Shown: positions 1 to 11,835, counted from the first letter of the stretch. The stretch: DNA of 64,000 nt from Meyerozyma guilliermondii (GCA_051546255.1 CP128816.1:186001-250000), one strand, 5' to 3'. The notes: a model not told the origin generated them from the letters alone. Program-made: numbers and translations.

Positions 1-19
1 TGAAAAAAATGGCGATGCG

Positions 20-29
20 ATCACGTGAT
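20..29. promoter_or_regulatory. Palindromic E-box ATCACGTGAT (Cbf1/Tye7-type) next to RRPE/PAC-like sequence; probably the promoter of a gene outside the window
   Basis: TGAAAAAAATGGCGATGCGATCACGTGATG at bases 1-30. Confidence 0.4.
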
Positions 30-336
30 GTATCTGGTAGAGATGGTGTAAGTAGATGTGGATACCAGACTAAGTTTCAGAGTGTTCGATGTTTCTGTAT
101 CATCTCTTTCGTACTAGAGCTTTCCTTGGCTTATTCTAATTTTTTCTGGTGGTTTTTTACCACCAAAAAAATATAGCCTCAAGACAGAATTGACTGCGAA
201 AAGACTAATATCAATACCAATTAAAAAGGAACAACATAACAACTTCCCTACCACTTTTACTCCTATACATCATTTTAAGCACTAATGTGTACGTATAATT
301 CATAAATATAAAAATCTGCAAAATTTGCCATTTTGT

Positions 337-2337
337 CTATATGATAAAGGCACCACTAATGAGCAAGACTACATACACCACTGCTTGCCATGGAGCCGAT
401 ACAGATGTTGCAGCACCCTTCTTCTTGCCGGTGGATGTAGATGACGATTGCGAGCTGGATTTGGAACTGGAACTGGAACTGGAACCTGTAGGACTTGCAG
501 CATCAGTGCTAGCAACGGCATCTTTGGAACCTCCATTCCAGCAGTATTTTTGAAAACATTTTTCACATTCAGAAGATTGCTTGATACCTCTGCGCTCCTG
601 AGAACGTCTGATGATGGCACATCCCATACAAGTGGCCCATCCATCATCAGTAGTACCATTCTTTTGAGTGGTAACTTCAAATCCGTTTCTTATAACTCCC
701 CATTTTTCATCGTTGTCGTAGGACATCTTGTAGGTGGAAGTGTTGGAGTTATAAGAGTGTCTATGGTTGGGCATGTACACCACCAAGGGAATATCGGTTT
801 CGTTGATATTATTGTTTTTCAGCTGTTGAACAAGATCGGTCATATTCGAAGCATCGCATCCAAAGAACACAGGTCGCTTGTTGAGCTCTTTATCGACGAA
901 TTCATCCACTGAAGGAACATATGGGAATGGCGTACCTCTTCCTTGAACCGAGTATTGACGCTGGTAGGTTTCCACGAGAGAAGAACCATTGGGCCAATTT
1001 TGGTTGGTATCGGCAGAATTGTCGTAGGCAAGAATTATGTCCAATTTACGAACCGTTTGGATCAATGGATACAAAGGAACATTTTGGTTGTCTTCTCCAC
1101 CATCGCACAAGTAGAGAGTATCGTTCTTGAGGACAGATCTCAGACCACCATACTCCGAGTCATAGAATGGATTTGGCTCGTATACTGCAATATCATCTTC
1201 ATCGTTGCTAACCAGTTTCAACAACTTGTTGAGAAGAGATTTAAGAACGCTGGGGATACTGGTTCCAGGAAGTCTCAAAATCACCTGGTTGAAAAGAGAA
1301 GAAGAAGTACCCAATACGAAACCAGCATTGTCGAAATTAGCGGTACATTTGTCATTTTTAGGATCACCACCCAGAACTCCACTTCCCAAGTATTTGACGT
1401 CGAAAAATGTGTGAACAGATGGATCCCACGATCCCATTTCGAAGGGATTGAACTCAAAAACAGTAGAGTTGCTGTTAATGATGTAAGTACCTGGGGTTCT
1501 TCCATCGGCAACCACCACTGGGAATGGCATTTCGTAGTCTTTGAAGCTGGACAAATCTTGAATGGAGGACCAGGTAACGTTCTCTCCACCTTGATCGCCT
1601 TCAAAAAATTGGTTGGAAAGGGCACGGCCCCAGATATCAGTAATCGAGGTCTCAAACCCAGCATCTTTTTTGGCGTTGAGAGCATCGTAAATATGCTTGT
1701 AGTACTCCACCGTTTTAATGACATTAATTCCATTAGGGTTGAAAATCGAGTCCTCCAAGTCCCAAATTTTCTTTTTTCCGGAATAAATATCAGCCACTGA
1801 GATCCAGTCGTTTAAAACCATCAGTCCAACAAGCCAGTTTCCACCGGATAAACCAGCAATATATGTCGAACTTTGCAACAAACCCCCAAGACCATTCTCC
1901 GAATCTTCCCCGTCGTATCTGTCGTCCAACCCCAAGAGCTCGCCAGCTCCACAGAGCATGGCACGGTATCCTCCTCCAGAAAACGCTACACCAATGGTGA
2001 TGTTATGCTCGTCGGAATAATCGTTGATGTAAGTTTCCGCATCAAAGTCAGATAAATTGGCTCTTTCGGATAAAAATTCAATAAGCTTGTTGTTGGTTTT
2101 TTCCCACCGATGGGTGATGTAGTCTCTTTCGCCATCGGAGATATTGACAGACTGCCGGGTCAACTCCCCAGACGGACAATCGGTTTCGTAAGGAGCATAT
2201 TTGTTTCTATCAGAATCGGTTTCCGTAGCCGAAGCCGACCCTGAAGCCGAGCTGCTATCGTCTTCCCATGGCCAATCAAACGCTGCGACAGGGAACACCA
2301 ATAAATAAATGTACCAAAGGTACCCTAGGATCAACAT
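337..2337 (-). CDS. Lysophospholipase / phospholipase B, secreted and GPI-anchored (PLB family, likely PLB5-type)
   Basis: SGGGYRAML and GLSGG catalytic motifs, DGGED motif, N-terminal hydrophobic signal, Ser-rich stalk, hydrophobic C-terminal GPI signal; first ATG at 2337. Confidence 0.92.
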   Translation of the reverse strand: MLILGYLWYIYLLVFPVAAFDWPWEDDSSSASGSASATETDSDRNKYAPYETDCPSGELTRQSVNISDGERDYITHRWEKTNNKLIEFLSERANLSDFDAETYINDYSDEHNITIGVAFSGGGYRAMLCGAGELLGLDDRYDGEDSENGLGGLLQSSTYIAGLSGGNWLVGLMVLNDWISVADIYSGKKKIWDLEDSIFNPNGINVIKTVEYYKHIYDALNAKKDAGFETSITDIWGRALSNQFFEGDQGGENVTWSSIQDLSSFKDYEMPFPVVVADGRTPGTYIINSNSTVFEFNPFEMGSWDPSVHTFFDVKYLGSGVLGGDPKNDKCTANFDNAGFVLGTSSSLFNQVILRLPGTSIPSVLKSLLNKLLKLVSNDEDDIAVYEPNPFYDSEYGGLRSVLKNDTLYLCDGGEDNQNVPLYPLIQTVRKLDIILAYDNSADTNQNWPNGSSLVETYQRQYSVQGRGTPFPYVPSVDEFVDKELNKRPVFFGCDASNMTDLVQQLKNNNINETDIPLVVYMPNHRHSYNSNTSTYKMSYDNDEKWGVIRNGFEVTTQKNGTTDDGWATCMGCAIIRRSQERRGIKQSSECEKCFQKYCWNGGSKDAVASTDAASPTGSSSSSSSKSSSQSSSTSTGKKKGAATSVSAPWQAVVYVVLLISGAFII

Positions 2338-2660
2338 GGGTAGCAATAGTGAAAAATGCAGATTCGGCTCGGCTACTTATAGTAGCAGAAAACAAGCCGC
2401 GAGCCCCGCGTGGTGCATGCACGCCTGGCTTGGCCGATACGAGACATGAAAGAGGTGAGATTATGATGCAATTGGAATAATTGTGTATGATATTCTATGG
2501 CATTCTACGTTCTGGTTTTTGTTTGCTTCCGAAAAGCTTTCTTCTTTTTGGTTATCTTCATTTTCCGGCTCGTACAGTCTCATCCCGATCCACCGCAATA
2601 TGCACGGTCGCAGCGAAGGAATGCGCAGTGCGGACTAAAAATAGCACACTGACCTACTCT

Positions 2661-3644
2661 CTAGTCAGTTTGCCTGGTAGCTTTCACCACCACGGGGAGC
2701 ATTCCTCCTGTAGAAATGGTGAACATACGATGACCCAACACCGTAATGAAGGCGCGGATGGTTCCAGCGTGCGAAGTGGTGCTTATAACCGTATTTTCGT
2801 GGACCTTGGAGCGGTCGACCTTGTGGCCATTCCACTCATTGTCAAAGAGCTTTTGTAGAAACCCATTGACTCGCAACGACTGTTGCACGAGAGTCTCGCG
2901 GTCATGGTCCTTGAACAAGGTGTCTTCCTCGGGAAATCCATCTTCGATTCTAAAACCGTACTTTTTGAACCTCTCTTCAATCACCAGCCTGGACGACCGT
3001 TTGTCACAAAGATTCACATTCAATGTCTCACGAATGGCCTCCGTGACAAGAGGACGTGGCTCCGTGATACCCTCCCACGTGAGCACACACGTCCACGAAG
3101 AACGTTGCAATGGTGAAACATAGAAAGCCTGGGGTATAGGCGCACCCAATTGCACCTCCTGCTTCCATGCCACATTGTTCTCTTTGGCTTGGTTTATACC
3201 CAATTCCGTCAACATGGGGTCTGGAGCATACACAATCTCGCCATCCGTGGTCTGGTTGTGCCACTTGTTTCTCCATGCTTCAAATCCATACTTCTCCACA
3301 ATCACATTGTGATAGCCCTGACCATGACGAGCCAAAAACACCAATTTGTAGCTCTCGTTGTCCGCAGCCTCGGCATTGAGCTTCTCCAACGTCTTGGTGA
3401 TCTCGTCCCACGACTTCAACCGGCCAAAGTTTTCCTCGGTGTACCTAAACTTCAAGTCGTCGGTGGCCTCGTCGGTCTGCTTGAAGAACCCTTTCACCAC
3501 TTCAAATTTCCACGGGTAAACAAGTTTGTTTTCGTCATTTCTCTCATCCTGGCACGCTCTTATACACTTCTCATACTCCAAAGTGCCTTCAGCATCGCCG
3601 TGGGCATCGGTATAATCGTTTACGGTGGGTATTAACAAACTCAT
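2661..3644 (-). CDS. Histidine phosphatase / phosphoglycerate mutase family protein (PMU1-like)
   Basis: LARHGQGYHN, DPMLTELG, SPLQRS, CDKRSS and SHAGTIR motifs. Confidence 0.88.
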   Translation of the reverse strand: MSLLIPTVNDYTDAHGDAEGTLEYEKCIRACQDERNDENKLVYPWKFEVVKGFFKQTDEATDDLKFRYTEENFGRLKSWDEITKTLEKLNAEAADNESYKLVFLARHGQGYHNVIVEKYGFEAWRNKWHNQTTDGEIVYAPDPMLTELGINQAKENNVAWKQEVQLGAPIPQAFYVSPLQRSSWTCVLTWEGITEPRPLVTEAIRETLNVNLCDKRSSRLVIEERFKKYGFRIEDGFPEEDTLFKDHDRETLVQQSLRVNGFLQKLFDNEWNGHKVDRSKVHENTVISTTSHAGTIRAFITVLGHRMFTISTGGMLPVVVKATRQTD

Positions 3645-3753
3645 GAATTACCGTGTGCGCGGAAAATCTCGGACTTTTGTGCTGCGGCTGCTGCTAATTG
3701 CACGTTGCCCTACTTTCTGGTCACTATGGTTATTAACCTATCTAATATACACG

Positions 3754-5916
3754 CTACGTCTTTCTCGATGTGCCCTTGAAATCGGGCTTGAAATCGGGTC
3801 GGCGAGCGGAGGAAATGCCTTTCTTGATCTGGAACTTGGTGACGATGGCTATGTGATCCGAGGGAAAATGGGCGTCGGGGAACCCGATGCAATTCTTGAG
3901 ATAGTTGTCGTCGATCTTTCCCAAAAGCCCCTTGACCCGCAAGTTTCCAGGGGTATACCAAATGTAGTCGATCACCTCGGTAAATCCCGGTGAAAAGTTC
4001 GTAAACGGTAATTCTCCATCGTAAGCACTCTTCAACTTGAACACATGCTTAAACCCTTCGTCGGTAAACCGTCCGTAGTCACGACCATCGAGATCGGGAT
4101 GCTTGGTCACAGATCCACTGGAGAAAAGTTGATACACGGCGGAATCTTTAACAGAGTTGAAATCTCCACAGATGACGACATTGGCATTTTTGACATCGTC
4201 GGTGTGGCCAAACTTCTTAAGAACTCCCTGAAGCTCTTCCAACAAGATTCCAACCTGCAATGCCTTCACATCGTTGAAAGCTGGATCCCAATGCAAGTGT
4301 GTGTTTGTCACGAGAATCTTCTCGCCGGATTCAAGATGTTGCAAATATGTGATTAAGGCAATATTATCCTTGTTCATGAACCGGTTAAAAAGATCCTTCG
4401 TCTTCTTATACTTGTCCGATCCCATGCACACACTGTTGTATTCAAAGTTCATCTTGGTCAACAACTCAAACTTGGAGCTCTTGTAAAAAGTAGCACATCC
4501 ATCAACCTTTTTAGAATCAACACTACCCATGGTTTTAGATCTTGTCTTGCAGAAAAAGACTCCTTTGTACCCAATTTCGGCCATCACCGGCACCCAGAAG
4601 TCATGGAAAGTCCTGGTTTCCACTTCTTGCATACATACAACATCAGTCTTGTAGCTCAATACCTCTTCTTTCAAAGCGGCCCGTCTGAATTCCCAATCTA
4701 AAGCCCACGAAGGTGTAAACTTGTACAACTTGCTTGGAGCATAATGTTGACACAATGTGTTGTATGACAATAACGTGAAGGAATCAGGCTCAGAATCGCT
4801 TGTGGTAGAACTGTAAGCTTCTGGATTCGTTGTGGGGTCTATGACTTCGCCATCATCCTCCAATAATAACCAGGGACGTGGATTTGGCGCAGGATGGCCC
4901 GGTTTCGTATCGCGAAGGTATGCCACGAGTTCTTTGGTGCCTTGTTCGGCAACGATATTGGCGATTTTGAGGTCGAGAGGGTTACCCTCGATTCCCAAGA
5001 ACAATAACTCGATCAAGTTACCGAAATTGAGCGGGAGAGTCGTGATGTTGTTGTCAAACAAGAAGAGATACCGCAAGTTGAAGCACATACCGAGCTCTGG
5101 AGGCACTTCCGAAATACGATTGCGAGACAAGTCCAACGTACGCAAGCTCTTGAGACGTGATATCACCGGGGGAATCTCGGTCAATTTGTTATTGTTCAAA
5201 AAAAGCGATTCGAGAAACTCGTACTGGAACAATTTGGGGGACAAGATGGTGAGTCCTTGGCCGCTCAAATCCAATTGGCACCAGAGCTGGCGGCCCTGTG
5301 ACTTGAGGCGCATGCGCTGTTCCTCTTGCATGTGGTCATCATCGTAATCGGTGGTCATCTTCTTGTTGTGAAGCAATGCTGGGTTCTGGGTGATTGTCAG
5401 TTTCATCACCAGTCTCTCTTGTTCTTCCAACACCGCTACCACCTGCTTAGTGGCGTCGACCAAGTTCATACTCTTGACTTCACTGTAAGGATTCTTCTTG
5501 CGGGAATTGGCAGCGTATTGCCGGGCATAGAAATGAGGAACATTGGCGGTTCTCGACATCTGACAGAGCTGTTGTTGATGTTGCCAGTAAACGGAGCCGG
5601 GATTTGTCACATTGATCGACTCGGTGGTATGCTGGTGGGGCAACAGTGGCAGAGCATACTGTAAGTTTTGTCCGGGAGGATTCGACATTCTCAAATATGG
5701 TGGCTGTTGATGATTATTCTGTGATGGTAACAGGGGTAACAGTTGATTCTGGCCCTGTGTTTGGCCCTGGCCATAAGGACCCATTCTGTAATTATACATG
5801 TCATAATCATAGTTTCCCGATTGGCCCAGCTGGCCATTGCTTTGAAGTTGTTGAAGAAGGATCTGTTGCGCCTGCATGTTTTGCGGCTGAGATTGGAATT
5901 TGGAGTTATTATTCAT
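3754..5916 (-). CDS. CCR4: CCR4-NOT mRNA deadenylase catalytic subunit
   Basis: Q/N-rich N-terminus, PHFYAR motif, LRR block, EEP nuclease motifs (SYNTLC, QEVE, THLHWDP, GDFNS, PSDHI); first ATG at 5916. Confidence 0.96.
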   Translation of the reverse strand: MNNNSKFQSQPQNMQAQQILLQQLQSNGQLGQSGNYDYDMYNYRMGPYGQGQTQGQNQLLPLLPSQNNHQQPPYLRMSNPPGQNLQYALPLLPHQHTTESINVTNPGSVYWQHQQQLCQMSRTANVPHFYARQYAANSRKKNPYSEVKSMNLVDATKQVVAVLEEQERLVMKLTITQNPALLHNKKMTTDYDDDHMQEEQRMRLKSQGRQLWCQLDLSGQGLTILSPKLFQYEFLESLFLNNNKLTEIPPVISRLKSLRTLDLSRNRISEVPPELGMCFNLRYLFLFDNNITTLPLNFGNLIELLFLGIEGNPLDLKIANIVAEQGTKELVAYLRDTKPGHPAPNPRPWLLLEDDGEVIDPTTNPEAYSSTTSDSEPDSFTLLSYNTLCQHYAPSKLYKFTPSWALDWEFRRAALKEEVLSYKTDVVCMQEVETRTFHDFWVPVMAEIGYKGVFFCKTRSKTMGSVDSKKVDGCATFYKSSKFELLTKMNFEYNSVCMGSDKYKKTKDLFNRFMNKDNIALITYLQHLESGEKILVTNTHLHWDPAFNDVKALQVGILLEELQGVLKKFGHTDDVKNANVVICGDFNSVKDSAVYQLFSSGSVTKHPDLDGRDYGRFTDEGFKHVFKLKSAYDGELPFTNFSPGFTEVIDYIWYTPGNLRVKGLLGKIDDNYLKNCIGFPDAHFPSDHIAIVTKFQIKKGISSARRPDFKPDFKGTSRKT

Positions 5917-6097
5917 ATCATACGTGTGATTGGCAGTGCGAATGGTGCGCACGCAGTCTCCAAGTGTCCTTAAAGGTTATATTAACGATGTCTACAAAAC
6001 CTATTATTGAGGAGAGTTCAACAAACTCGATGGCGTCGTGCGAACCCGAACCCAAACCGCGCACCCATACACCGCACAGTTGGGTGCAAAAAAAATG

Positions 6098-7465
6098 TCA
6101 ATATGGTTGCATACTAGTTAGTTCGTCAATCATCATTGCGAGATCGCCACGCTGCCTTTGAAGCCTTTTAATTCTATCTGCAGTTATACCAGAGTTGACC
6201 AATTTTTTATTGGCTCCTTTGCACAATTTTTGTTTTCCTAGAGTGCAGATATCACAATTGCCGTAATTTGGAGGACAAATAACTTGGCCAAAACCAACAA
6301 GAATCGGGTTGATATCGCCCCAGAGTCTTCGTGGTAGCCAGCTTTCCAATTCTAGTCTGGTTTGTTCGGGAGTTCGAGCCTTGGCACTTACCCAACCCCA
6401 CATTTGCGCGAGTCTATGGATATGAACATCCACCCCAATTCCCTCATTTTTGTACCAGCCTCTCTGGAGAAGAAGATAGCCCATTTTGGGACCCACACCT
6501 GGAAGTGCTACAATATCGCGAATGTTATCAGGAATGTCACCGGAATGGTTATCATGGAGCATTTGACTTGCCCTTTTGATATATCCAGCTTTACGATGGT
6601 GGAAACCAACTTTTTGAATGCACTGGTTTATATCTTGTTCTGAAGTTGCCAACACTGCTTCTAAGCATAGACCGTTTGGAAAACCCCGCTTCATCAACTC
6701 GTCGTCAAGTGTCTTTATAGCTGCAAAGTTGACTTCGTCTTTTGTCTGTGACAGAAGCATGAGAGAAATCAAGAGCTGAAACCGATACGTACGAGGTGAG
6801 TCGAAACCATGGGGTCGAATTTTCAGAGGAATACGCTCACAGCCCATAGTATCCACTGGAGACATAAACTTGGCACGCATTTCCACTACCAGATTGTATA
6901 CCTTATCCCAGTTTTTGGGCGCAAGCGAGGAGGGAACCAGCTCTATGTCTTCGATTTGGAGCTTACGAAAAACATTCGGGGGTTTAGTGCCATCGCACCA
7001 GTCCATCTCAGCCTTTTCAGTTGTAGGTTCAGACTTGATTTCAGTTTTGGATTCGGAAATGATTTCAGTTTTGGACTCAGACTTGATTGCGGTCTTAGGT
7101 TCTACCTTTATTTCAGTCTTGATCTCGGATTCTTCTCTGCTTTTTTCACCAAAACTCTCAGTTTTTATCTTTCTCTCAGTTCCTTGTTCTAATTTGACGC
7201 CTTCAGTACCATTTTCTCGTTTCAAATTTGTCTTTTTCCGCTTCGAAACGGTGGTTTTCGCCACTGATTTGTGCTTTTTTTCACCGTTCAGCTCGTACAG
7301 CCGCTTAATTCTATGTACAGCAACTTCCCCAGCAAGCCCTTCACCACCATCATCCGCTTCTGCAAGAAAAAGCCCCTGATCATTCTCAAGCTGTATTCGT
7401 TTTGCAGACGCCCGCGTTACCATTAGCCGCATCGCCATTCGAGAATCTGGGGAAACTTTCGTCAT
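6098..7465 (-). CDS. NTG1: Endonuclease III homolog, DNA N-glycosylase/AP lyase
   Basis: PVDTMGC, LML(S)SQTKDEV, HhH motif LPGVGPKMG, VDVHIHR, C-terminal Cys cluster; start uncertain (ATG at 7465 or the next ATGs). Confidence 0.93.
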   Translation of the reverse strand: MTKVSPDSRMAMRLMVTRASAKRIQLENDQGLFLAEADDGGEGLAGEVAVHRIKRLYELNGEKKHKSVAKTTVSKRKKTNLKRENGTEGVKLEQGTERKIKTESFGEKSREESEIKTEIKVEPKTAIKSESKTEIISESKTEIKSEPTTEKAEMDWCDGTKPPNVFRKLQIEDIELVPSSLAPKNWDKVYNLVVEMRAKFMSPVDTMGCERIPLKIRPHGFDSPRTYRFQLLISLMLLSQTKDEVNFAAIKTLDDELMKRGFPNGLCLEAVLATSEQDINQCIQKVGFHHRKAGYIKRASQMLHDNHSGDIPDNIRDIVALPGVGPKMGYLLLQRGWYKNEGIGVDVHIHRLAQMWGWVSAKARTPEQTRLELESWLPRRLWGDINPILVGFGQVICPPNYGNCDICTLGKQKLCKGANKKLVNSGITADRIKRLQRQRGDLAMMIDELTSMQPY

Positions 7466-7760
7466 TGCATCCGCACACCAGCGTGTGCTTAAGAGCGGTT
7501 CCGGCGTGTGAGTCAGATGCGCTTCCAATCATTCTGATTTCAATTCGATACGATTTTTTTAGATACTTTTGCACCTGCGACTCGAAAGCGCTACAGCATT
7601 GAGCGACACGAAGCCAGTGTATATTTATTGAGAGTTCTTTCCAAACTGTTTCTGCAACGAAATCAAATACGATTATTGCACGATTAGTTGATTCGATTAC
7701 GATAGTTGATTCGAATTCTTTTGCAACGATACCCGATTCGATTACTTCTTACTTTCCACA

Positions 7761-10694
7761 ATGGAGCTTCCCAAACCGAAACCCAAACCGAAACCTAAAG
7801 CCCGTAAGAACGGATCCACAAACACGAAAACTATTATGGCTCCAGGAGCCGCTCAAGAAAGAGTAGCACAAGCGTGTGATCGGTGTAGAGCCAAGAAGAC
7901 TAAATGTGATGGAAAACAACCGTCTTGCTCCAACTGTGCTGCTGTAGGGTTCAAATGTATTGTCTCAGATAAGCTTTCACGAAGAGCGTTTCCCCGTGGG
8001 TATACAGAGACACTTGAAGAGAGGATCAGACAACTTGAAACCGAAAATAGAAAGCTCGCTGGATTGTTGGAAATGAGACAAGAGCAGTTGGAGTTGATGA
8101 ACAATAAGGTCGGAGAAACACTCGTAGACAAATCACAACTGAAGAGGGAGGTACTGCCGATGGAAAATGGGCTCGTGGTGGATACAATTGTCGAACCAAG
8201 ACAAGCTATTACATCGTTGAACTTGTCGTTACTCGATAACCAAAATTCTCATTGGCATGAACACCAGAAGGGGTGTCCCTGTGGATGTGCACAGTTTCCC
8301 CATACTGTTCATGAAAGACCAGTATCGTTAGCAGGCTCAGTAGGACCTCCATCTCTTGCCAATTCTGTTACTGGTTCATTGGCGGGCTCGATCGTGAGCG
8401 ACGACGACGACAGCTTACTCAGTTTTGACGAGCCTCAGAACAATTATTCTGGGGAAAAACCAGCCCCGGGAGCGTTTGCTGCTGCCACAGCTATCGCCGA
8501 GATGCAAAAGTCCACCAATCATCCGGTCGACGAACGGAGTAAGCAACAACTACTCACATCTCTAGTTGCCATGTCGATTCCTCGAAGCACCGAAGAAACC
8601 CTTTTTGTTCCCACGCTTTTAGCCAAGTTTTGCCAGAGTTTCGGCTACAAATCCAAGCAAAGCGTACTTGCTGCACATACATTGGCATCGTTAAAAGAGC
8701 CTGTTCCAAGTACGGGCTCCTCTCGTCCTAACGTGAGGTTTTTGATGGACAGAGAAGACTTTGCACTTTCCGAATCTGAGGTTCTTGCGCTCTTAAAATT
8801 GATCCAGCTTCCATCCAGAATCGACTTGGATCAGCTCATCACCACTTACTTCCAGGACTGGGGAAGTGCTTTTCCCATATTGAACAAAAATGCGTTCATG
8901 AGTGGATACGCAAAGCTCACAGCAACCATGGAACATAATCGAGTTCAAGAAGTTGACCAAAAGTATGAACTGATAGAGAAGTTCACCGCTATCGTCGTCA
9001 TCGTTGTAGCACTCAGTTTAGTGTCCAACAAAAACACACATATACGAGGAGACTCCAAGGGCACAGAGTGGTATTCTGAATCATTGGCTCATTATGACTA
9101 CCTTATTCATCACTTTATTCGACCCAATTGTATCATCACAAAGTACTGCTCAATCCAGTCGCTTCAGGTCCTTTCCTTAGCAATGCAATATTGTCTTGTT
9201 GTTGGTGACATCACCACTTGCTATGAGCTTCGTGGAAGACTTATCACTATGGCCCAGCAGTTGAGATTACATAGATGTCCTGCTGCTGTGTTAGGAATAT
9301 CTGGTGATGGAAATGCCGAGTTTCGCAATTTTTTACAAGGAGAAAGAAGAATTCTCTTCTGGTGTGTCTACTGCTTGGACATTTACTCTTCATTGAACCT
9401 CGGTGTTCCACGATTGTTGAAAGATTTCGAAATAGAATGTGCCTTGCCCTTTGCCGGTAGAAATGATGATTCTGATGACGAAAACGAAAACATTGTGATG
9501 ATCAACAACACTAAACTTTCCATCGTTGGAAAGGTTTCCAAATTTGCGCTTGCGGTCATTTTATACTGCAAAGTCTTGGGTAAAATTTTGGACTCGATTT
9601 TTTCCAGATTTGAAAACGATGATATTTATAATAAAGCACTTGTCCGAGACGGTATGCTTGACAATTGGCGGCGTGAGCTTCCGGCGGAGTTGAAGTTTGA
9701 CATCGATGTCAGTGCGTTCAATATCGGCGAAAACGGCGAAGCGAAGAATGGCTGGACCCATTACAGCAAGCAGCAACTCACCCTCATTTTTCTATTCTGT
9801 CACGCCAAGATATTGGCGTACTTACCCATTCTTTCAAAGTATGGGAATCACCACGATGTTGGATTATCGAAAAAGGAACAACTTACCAAGGGTACGGGAC
9901 AAGTGGGGTCTATTATGTCTTCAGTTACCATGATTCAACAGTCTTCAACTCAAATTTTGGACATGATGAAAAGTATTTCGACGTCCCCTCTGCCGTTCGT
10001 GATACCTGTGCCATTAAATCTTCCCAGGCAACAAATACGTTTGGCTCTTTTGGTGGCTCGTGGTTGCTTGGATTATACCAAGGGAGGACCATTAAGGCTT
10101 CATCTGAAAAAATTATTGGACGGTACCGTTTGCTACTTGAAGTGTGAAAGTAGACTAAACATCCCAGGGTGTGCTAGTATGAATTCAGCGAAATTGCTCG
10201 AGCTAACTGTTCTGGGAGTTTTATCACCAAACACCTCAAAACAGCCAGCGTCAGAGGTTAAGTTTAAACCCCAACCATCCAACCAACCAATCACGAAAAC
10301 AGCTGTGGTAAGGGAACCTCAACACCGGTTCGGTAATCCATTTTCAAATACCAAATCGCAAGATGAATCTTATCAGATTCCCGATTCAAATTTGCAAGGA
10401 GAAAGTGAAAAAATGGACCGTCGTGGAAGCACTACTAGCAGTGATTATCAATTTCCTACCAATGATGGTGACGAAGAACCACCCACGGAAAGTGATGGTA
10501 TAGAGTCACTTCTTCTGTTTGATCCTTTTAAGCTTGATCTTAAGGGACCTTTACACATGAACGATTTTGCAGCCGATGGTTCTCTTGGACTTGCACCATT
10601 TTTGGACCAAGCAGAAACGCTAGAATGGCTGATCACTCAGGACGGAAAGGAGGAATTCGAGAACAATGCTGACGCGTTCTTTGAGTGGAATTGA
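7761..10694 (+). CDS. CAT8: Zn(II)2Cys6 transcription factor of the Cat8/Sip4 family
   Basis: [54 protein letters not shown] matches the Cat8 zinc cluster; fungal TF middle domain; C-terminal DGSLGL motif; alternative start at 7836. Confidence 0.85.
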   Translation: MELPKPKPKPKPKARKNGSTNTKTIMAPGAAQERVAQACDRCRAKKTKCDGKQPSCSNCAAVGFKCIVSDKLSRRAFPRGYTETLEERIRQLETENRKLAGLLEMRQEQLELMNNKVGETLVDKSQLKREVLPMENGLVVDTIVEPRQAITSLNLSLLDNQNSHWHEHQKGCPCGCAQFPHTVHERPVSLAGSVGPPSLANSVTGSLAGSIVSDDDDSLLSFDEPQNNYSGEKPAPGAFAAATAIAEMQKSTNHPVDERSKQQLLTSLVAMSIPRSTEETLFVPTLLAKFCQSFGYKSKQSVLAAHTLASLKEPVPSTGSSRPNVRFLMDREDFALSESEVLALLKLIQLPSRIDLDQLITTYFQDWGSAFPILNKNAFMSGYAKLTATMEHNRVQEVDQKYELIEKFTAIVVIVVALSLVSNKNTHIRGDSKGTEWYSESLAHYDYLIHHFIRPNCIITKYCSIQSLQVLSLAMQYCLVVGDITTCYELRGRLITMAQQLRLHRCPAAVLGISGDGNAEFRNFLQGERRILFWCVYCLDIYSSLNLGVPRLLKDFEIECALPFAGRNDDSDDENENIVMINNTKLSIVGKVSKFALAVILYCKVLGKILDSIFSRFENDDIYNKALVRDGMLDNWRRELPAELKFDIDVSAFNIGENGEAKNGWTHYSKQQLTLIFLFCHAKILAYLPILSKYGNHHDVGLSKKEQLTKGTGQVGSIMSSVTMIQQSSTQILDMMKSISTSPLPFVIPVPLNLPRQQIRLALLVARGCLDYTKGGPLRLHLKKLLDGTVCYLKCESRLNIPGCASMNSAKLLELTVLGVLSPNTSKQPASEVKFKPQPSNQPITKTAVVREPQHRFGNPFSNTKSQDESYQIPDSNLQGESEKMDRRGSTTSSDYQFPTNDGDEEPPTESDGIESLLLFDPFKLDLKGPLHMNDFAADGSLGLAPFLDQAETLEWLITQDGKEEFENNADAFFEWN

Positions 10695-10878
10695 GTAATA
10701 TAAATCAATTACGGTATGAGAAGTGTAGTCGGAGCGGTGCCCGCGTCGGACCCGAAACGCACTGTGCCGCGGAACGCCGCACCAAGGTCAGTGGAAAATG
10801 TGGGGGAAAAGTACTCCGAAATTTGTCTATAAAAGGCCATTTATTGCAACTTAAAAACCATTTAGGAGTTATTTCATC

Positions 10879-11835
10879 ATGGCTACTTACTCGAAAGCAT
10901 CATTCAAGTCTCTCAACTACAACACGTTCCGTCCTCATTACCCGCCAAGTTTCTACGGCATTTTGGGAGACTATATAAAGTCTCGGGGAAACCCAGTTCC
11001 CGTTAAGTATGCGTTAGATTTGGGTTGTGGCACGGGAGTCGCTACGTATCCCCTTTTGAACATTGCAGAGCGTGTGGATGGCTTGGATCTTTCACCAGTG
11101 ATGATCAAAACTGCTACAGATTTGAAGCAAAAACGATTGAAAGAACTTGAAATTGACGATTCAAGCAGGATCAATTTCAAGGCTGGCGGTGTGGAATCTC
11201 AGCTTTATGATGGCGAAAACCCAATCGAAGAAGGTTCCGTTGATTTAATCACCGCTGCTCAATGTATCCATTGGTTCAAGGACTACGATACTTTTTTCTC
11301 CACTGCTGCCAAATTATTGAAACCTAAGGGAGTTTTGGCGTATTGGTACTACGTAGACCCAGTGATCACGTCGTTTTCTGGGCCTTCGAAAGTCGAGAAG
11401 GCTACCGCATTGAAAAATGCCTATGATATCTACTTCAAGTATGTCTATGAAGATCCTGAGTATATTGGTCCATACTGGGAGAATCCCGGCCGAGAAATCA
11501 TCAAAAACTTCTATGTTGAGGTGGACAAGCACATCCCTGAAAGTTTGTATGGAAACAAAAAAGTTAACAAATTGGAGTTGCACCCAAATACCTCCAAGGA
11601 ACCCAATGAGAAGGACGACTTGGTTTTGGTCAGAAAGGGAATTAAACTCAAGGAATTGGAGGGCTATCTCTCGACTTACAGTGGATTCCACTCCTACAAG
11701 GAAGCCACCGGAGACAAGAAGGATTTCATTGGGTCCTTTTTTGCTGAGCTTGAGCAGGTAAATGGGTGGGACAGAAATGAAACCGAAATCGATATTGTGT
11801 GGAACACAGGATACACCTTCATTTCCAAAAAGTAG
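10879..11835 (+). CDS. SAM-dependent methyltransferase, Tmt1/Crg1 (trans-aconitate methyltransferase) family
   Basis: YNTFRPHYP, LDLGCGTG, DLITAAQCIHWF motifs. Confidence 0.85.
   Translation: MATYSKASFKSLNYNTFRPHYPPSFYGILGDYIKSRGNPVPVKYALDLGCGTGVATYPLLNIAERVDGLDLSPVMIKTATDLKQKRLKELEIDDSSRINFKAGGVESQLYDGENPIEEGSVDLITAAQCIHWFKDYDTFFSTAAKLLKPKGVLAYWYYVDPVITSFSGPSKVEKATALKNAYDIYFKYVYEDPEYIGPYWENPGREIIKNFYVEVDKHIPESLYGNKKVNKLELHPNTSKEPNEKDDLVLVRKGIKLKELEGYLSTYSGFHSYKEATGDKKDFIGSFFAELEQVNGWDRNETEIDIVWNTGYTFISKK

Noticed and set aside
147..165. TGGTGGT-TTTTT-ACCACCA inverted repeat flanked by T and A runs
   Set aside because: Looks like a bacterial terminator but is short and has no supportable role in a yeast locus.
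463..485. (GGAACT)n hexamer repeat
   Set aside because: Simply encodes the Ser-rich stalk of the GPI-anchored phospholipase.
943..1800. 285-aa + strand ORF and many other short overlapping ORFs in the track
   Set aside because: Shadow ORFs antisense or out of frame to well-supported genes; many begin at TTG or GTG.
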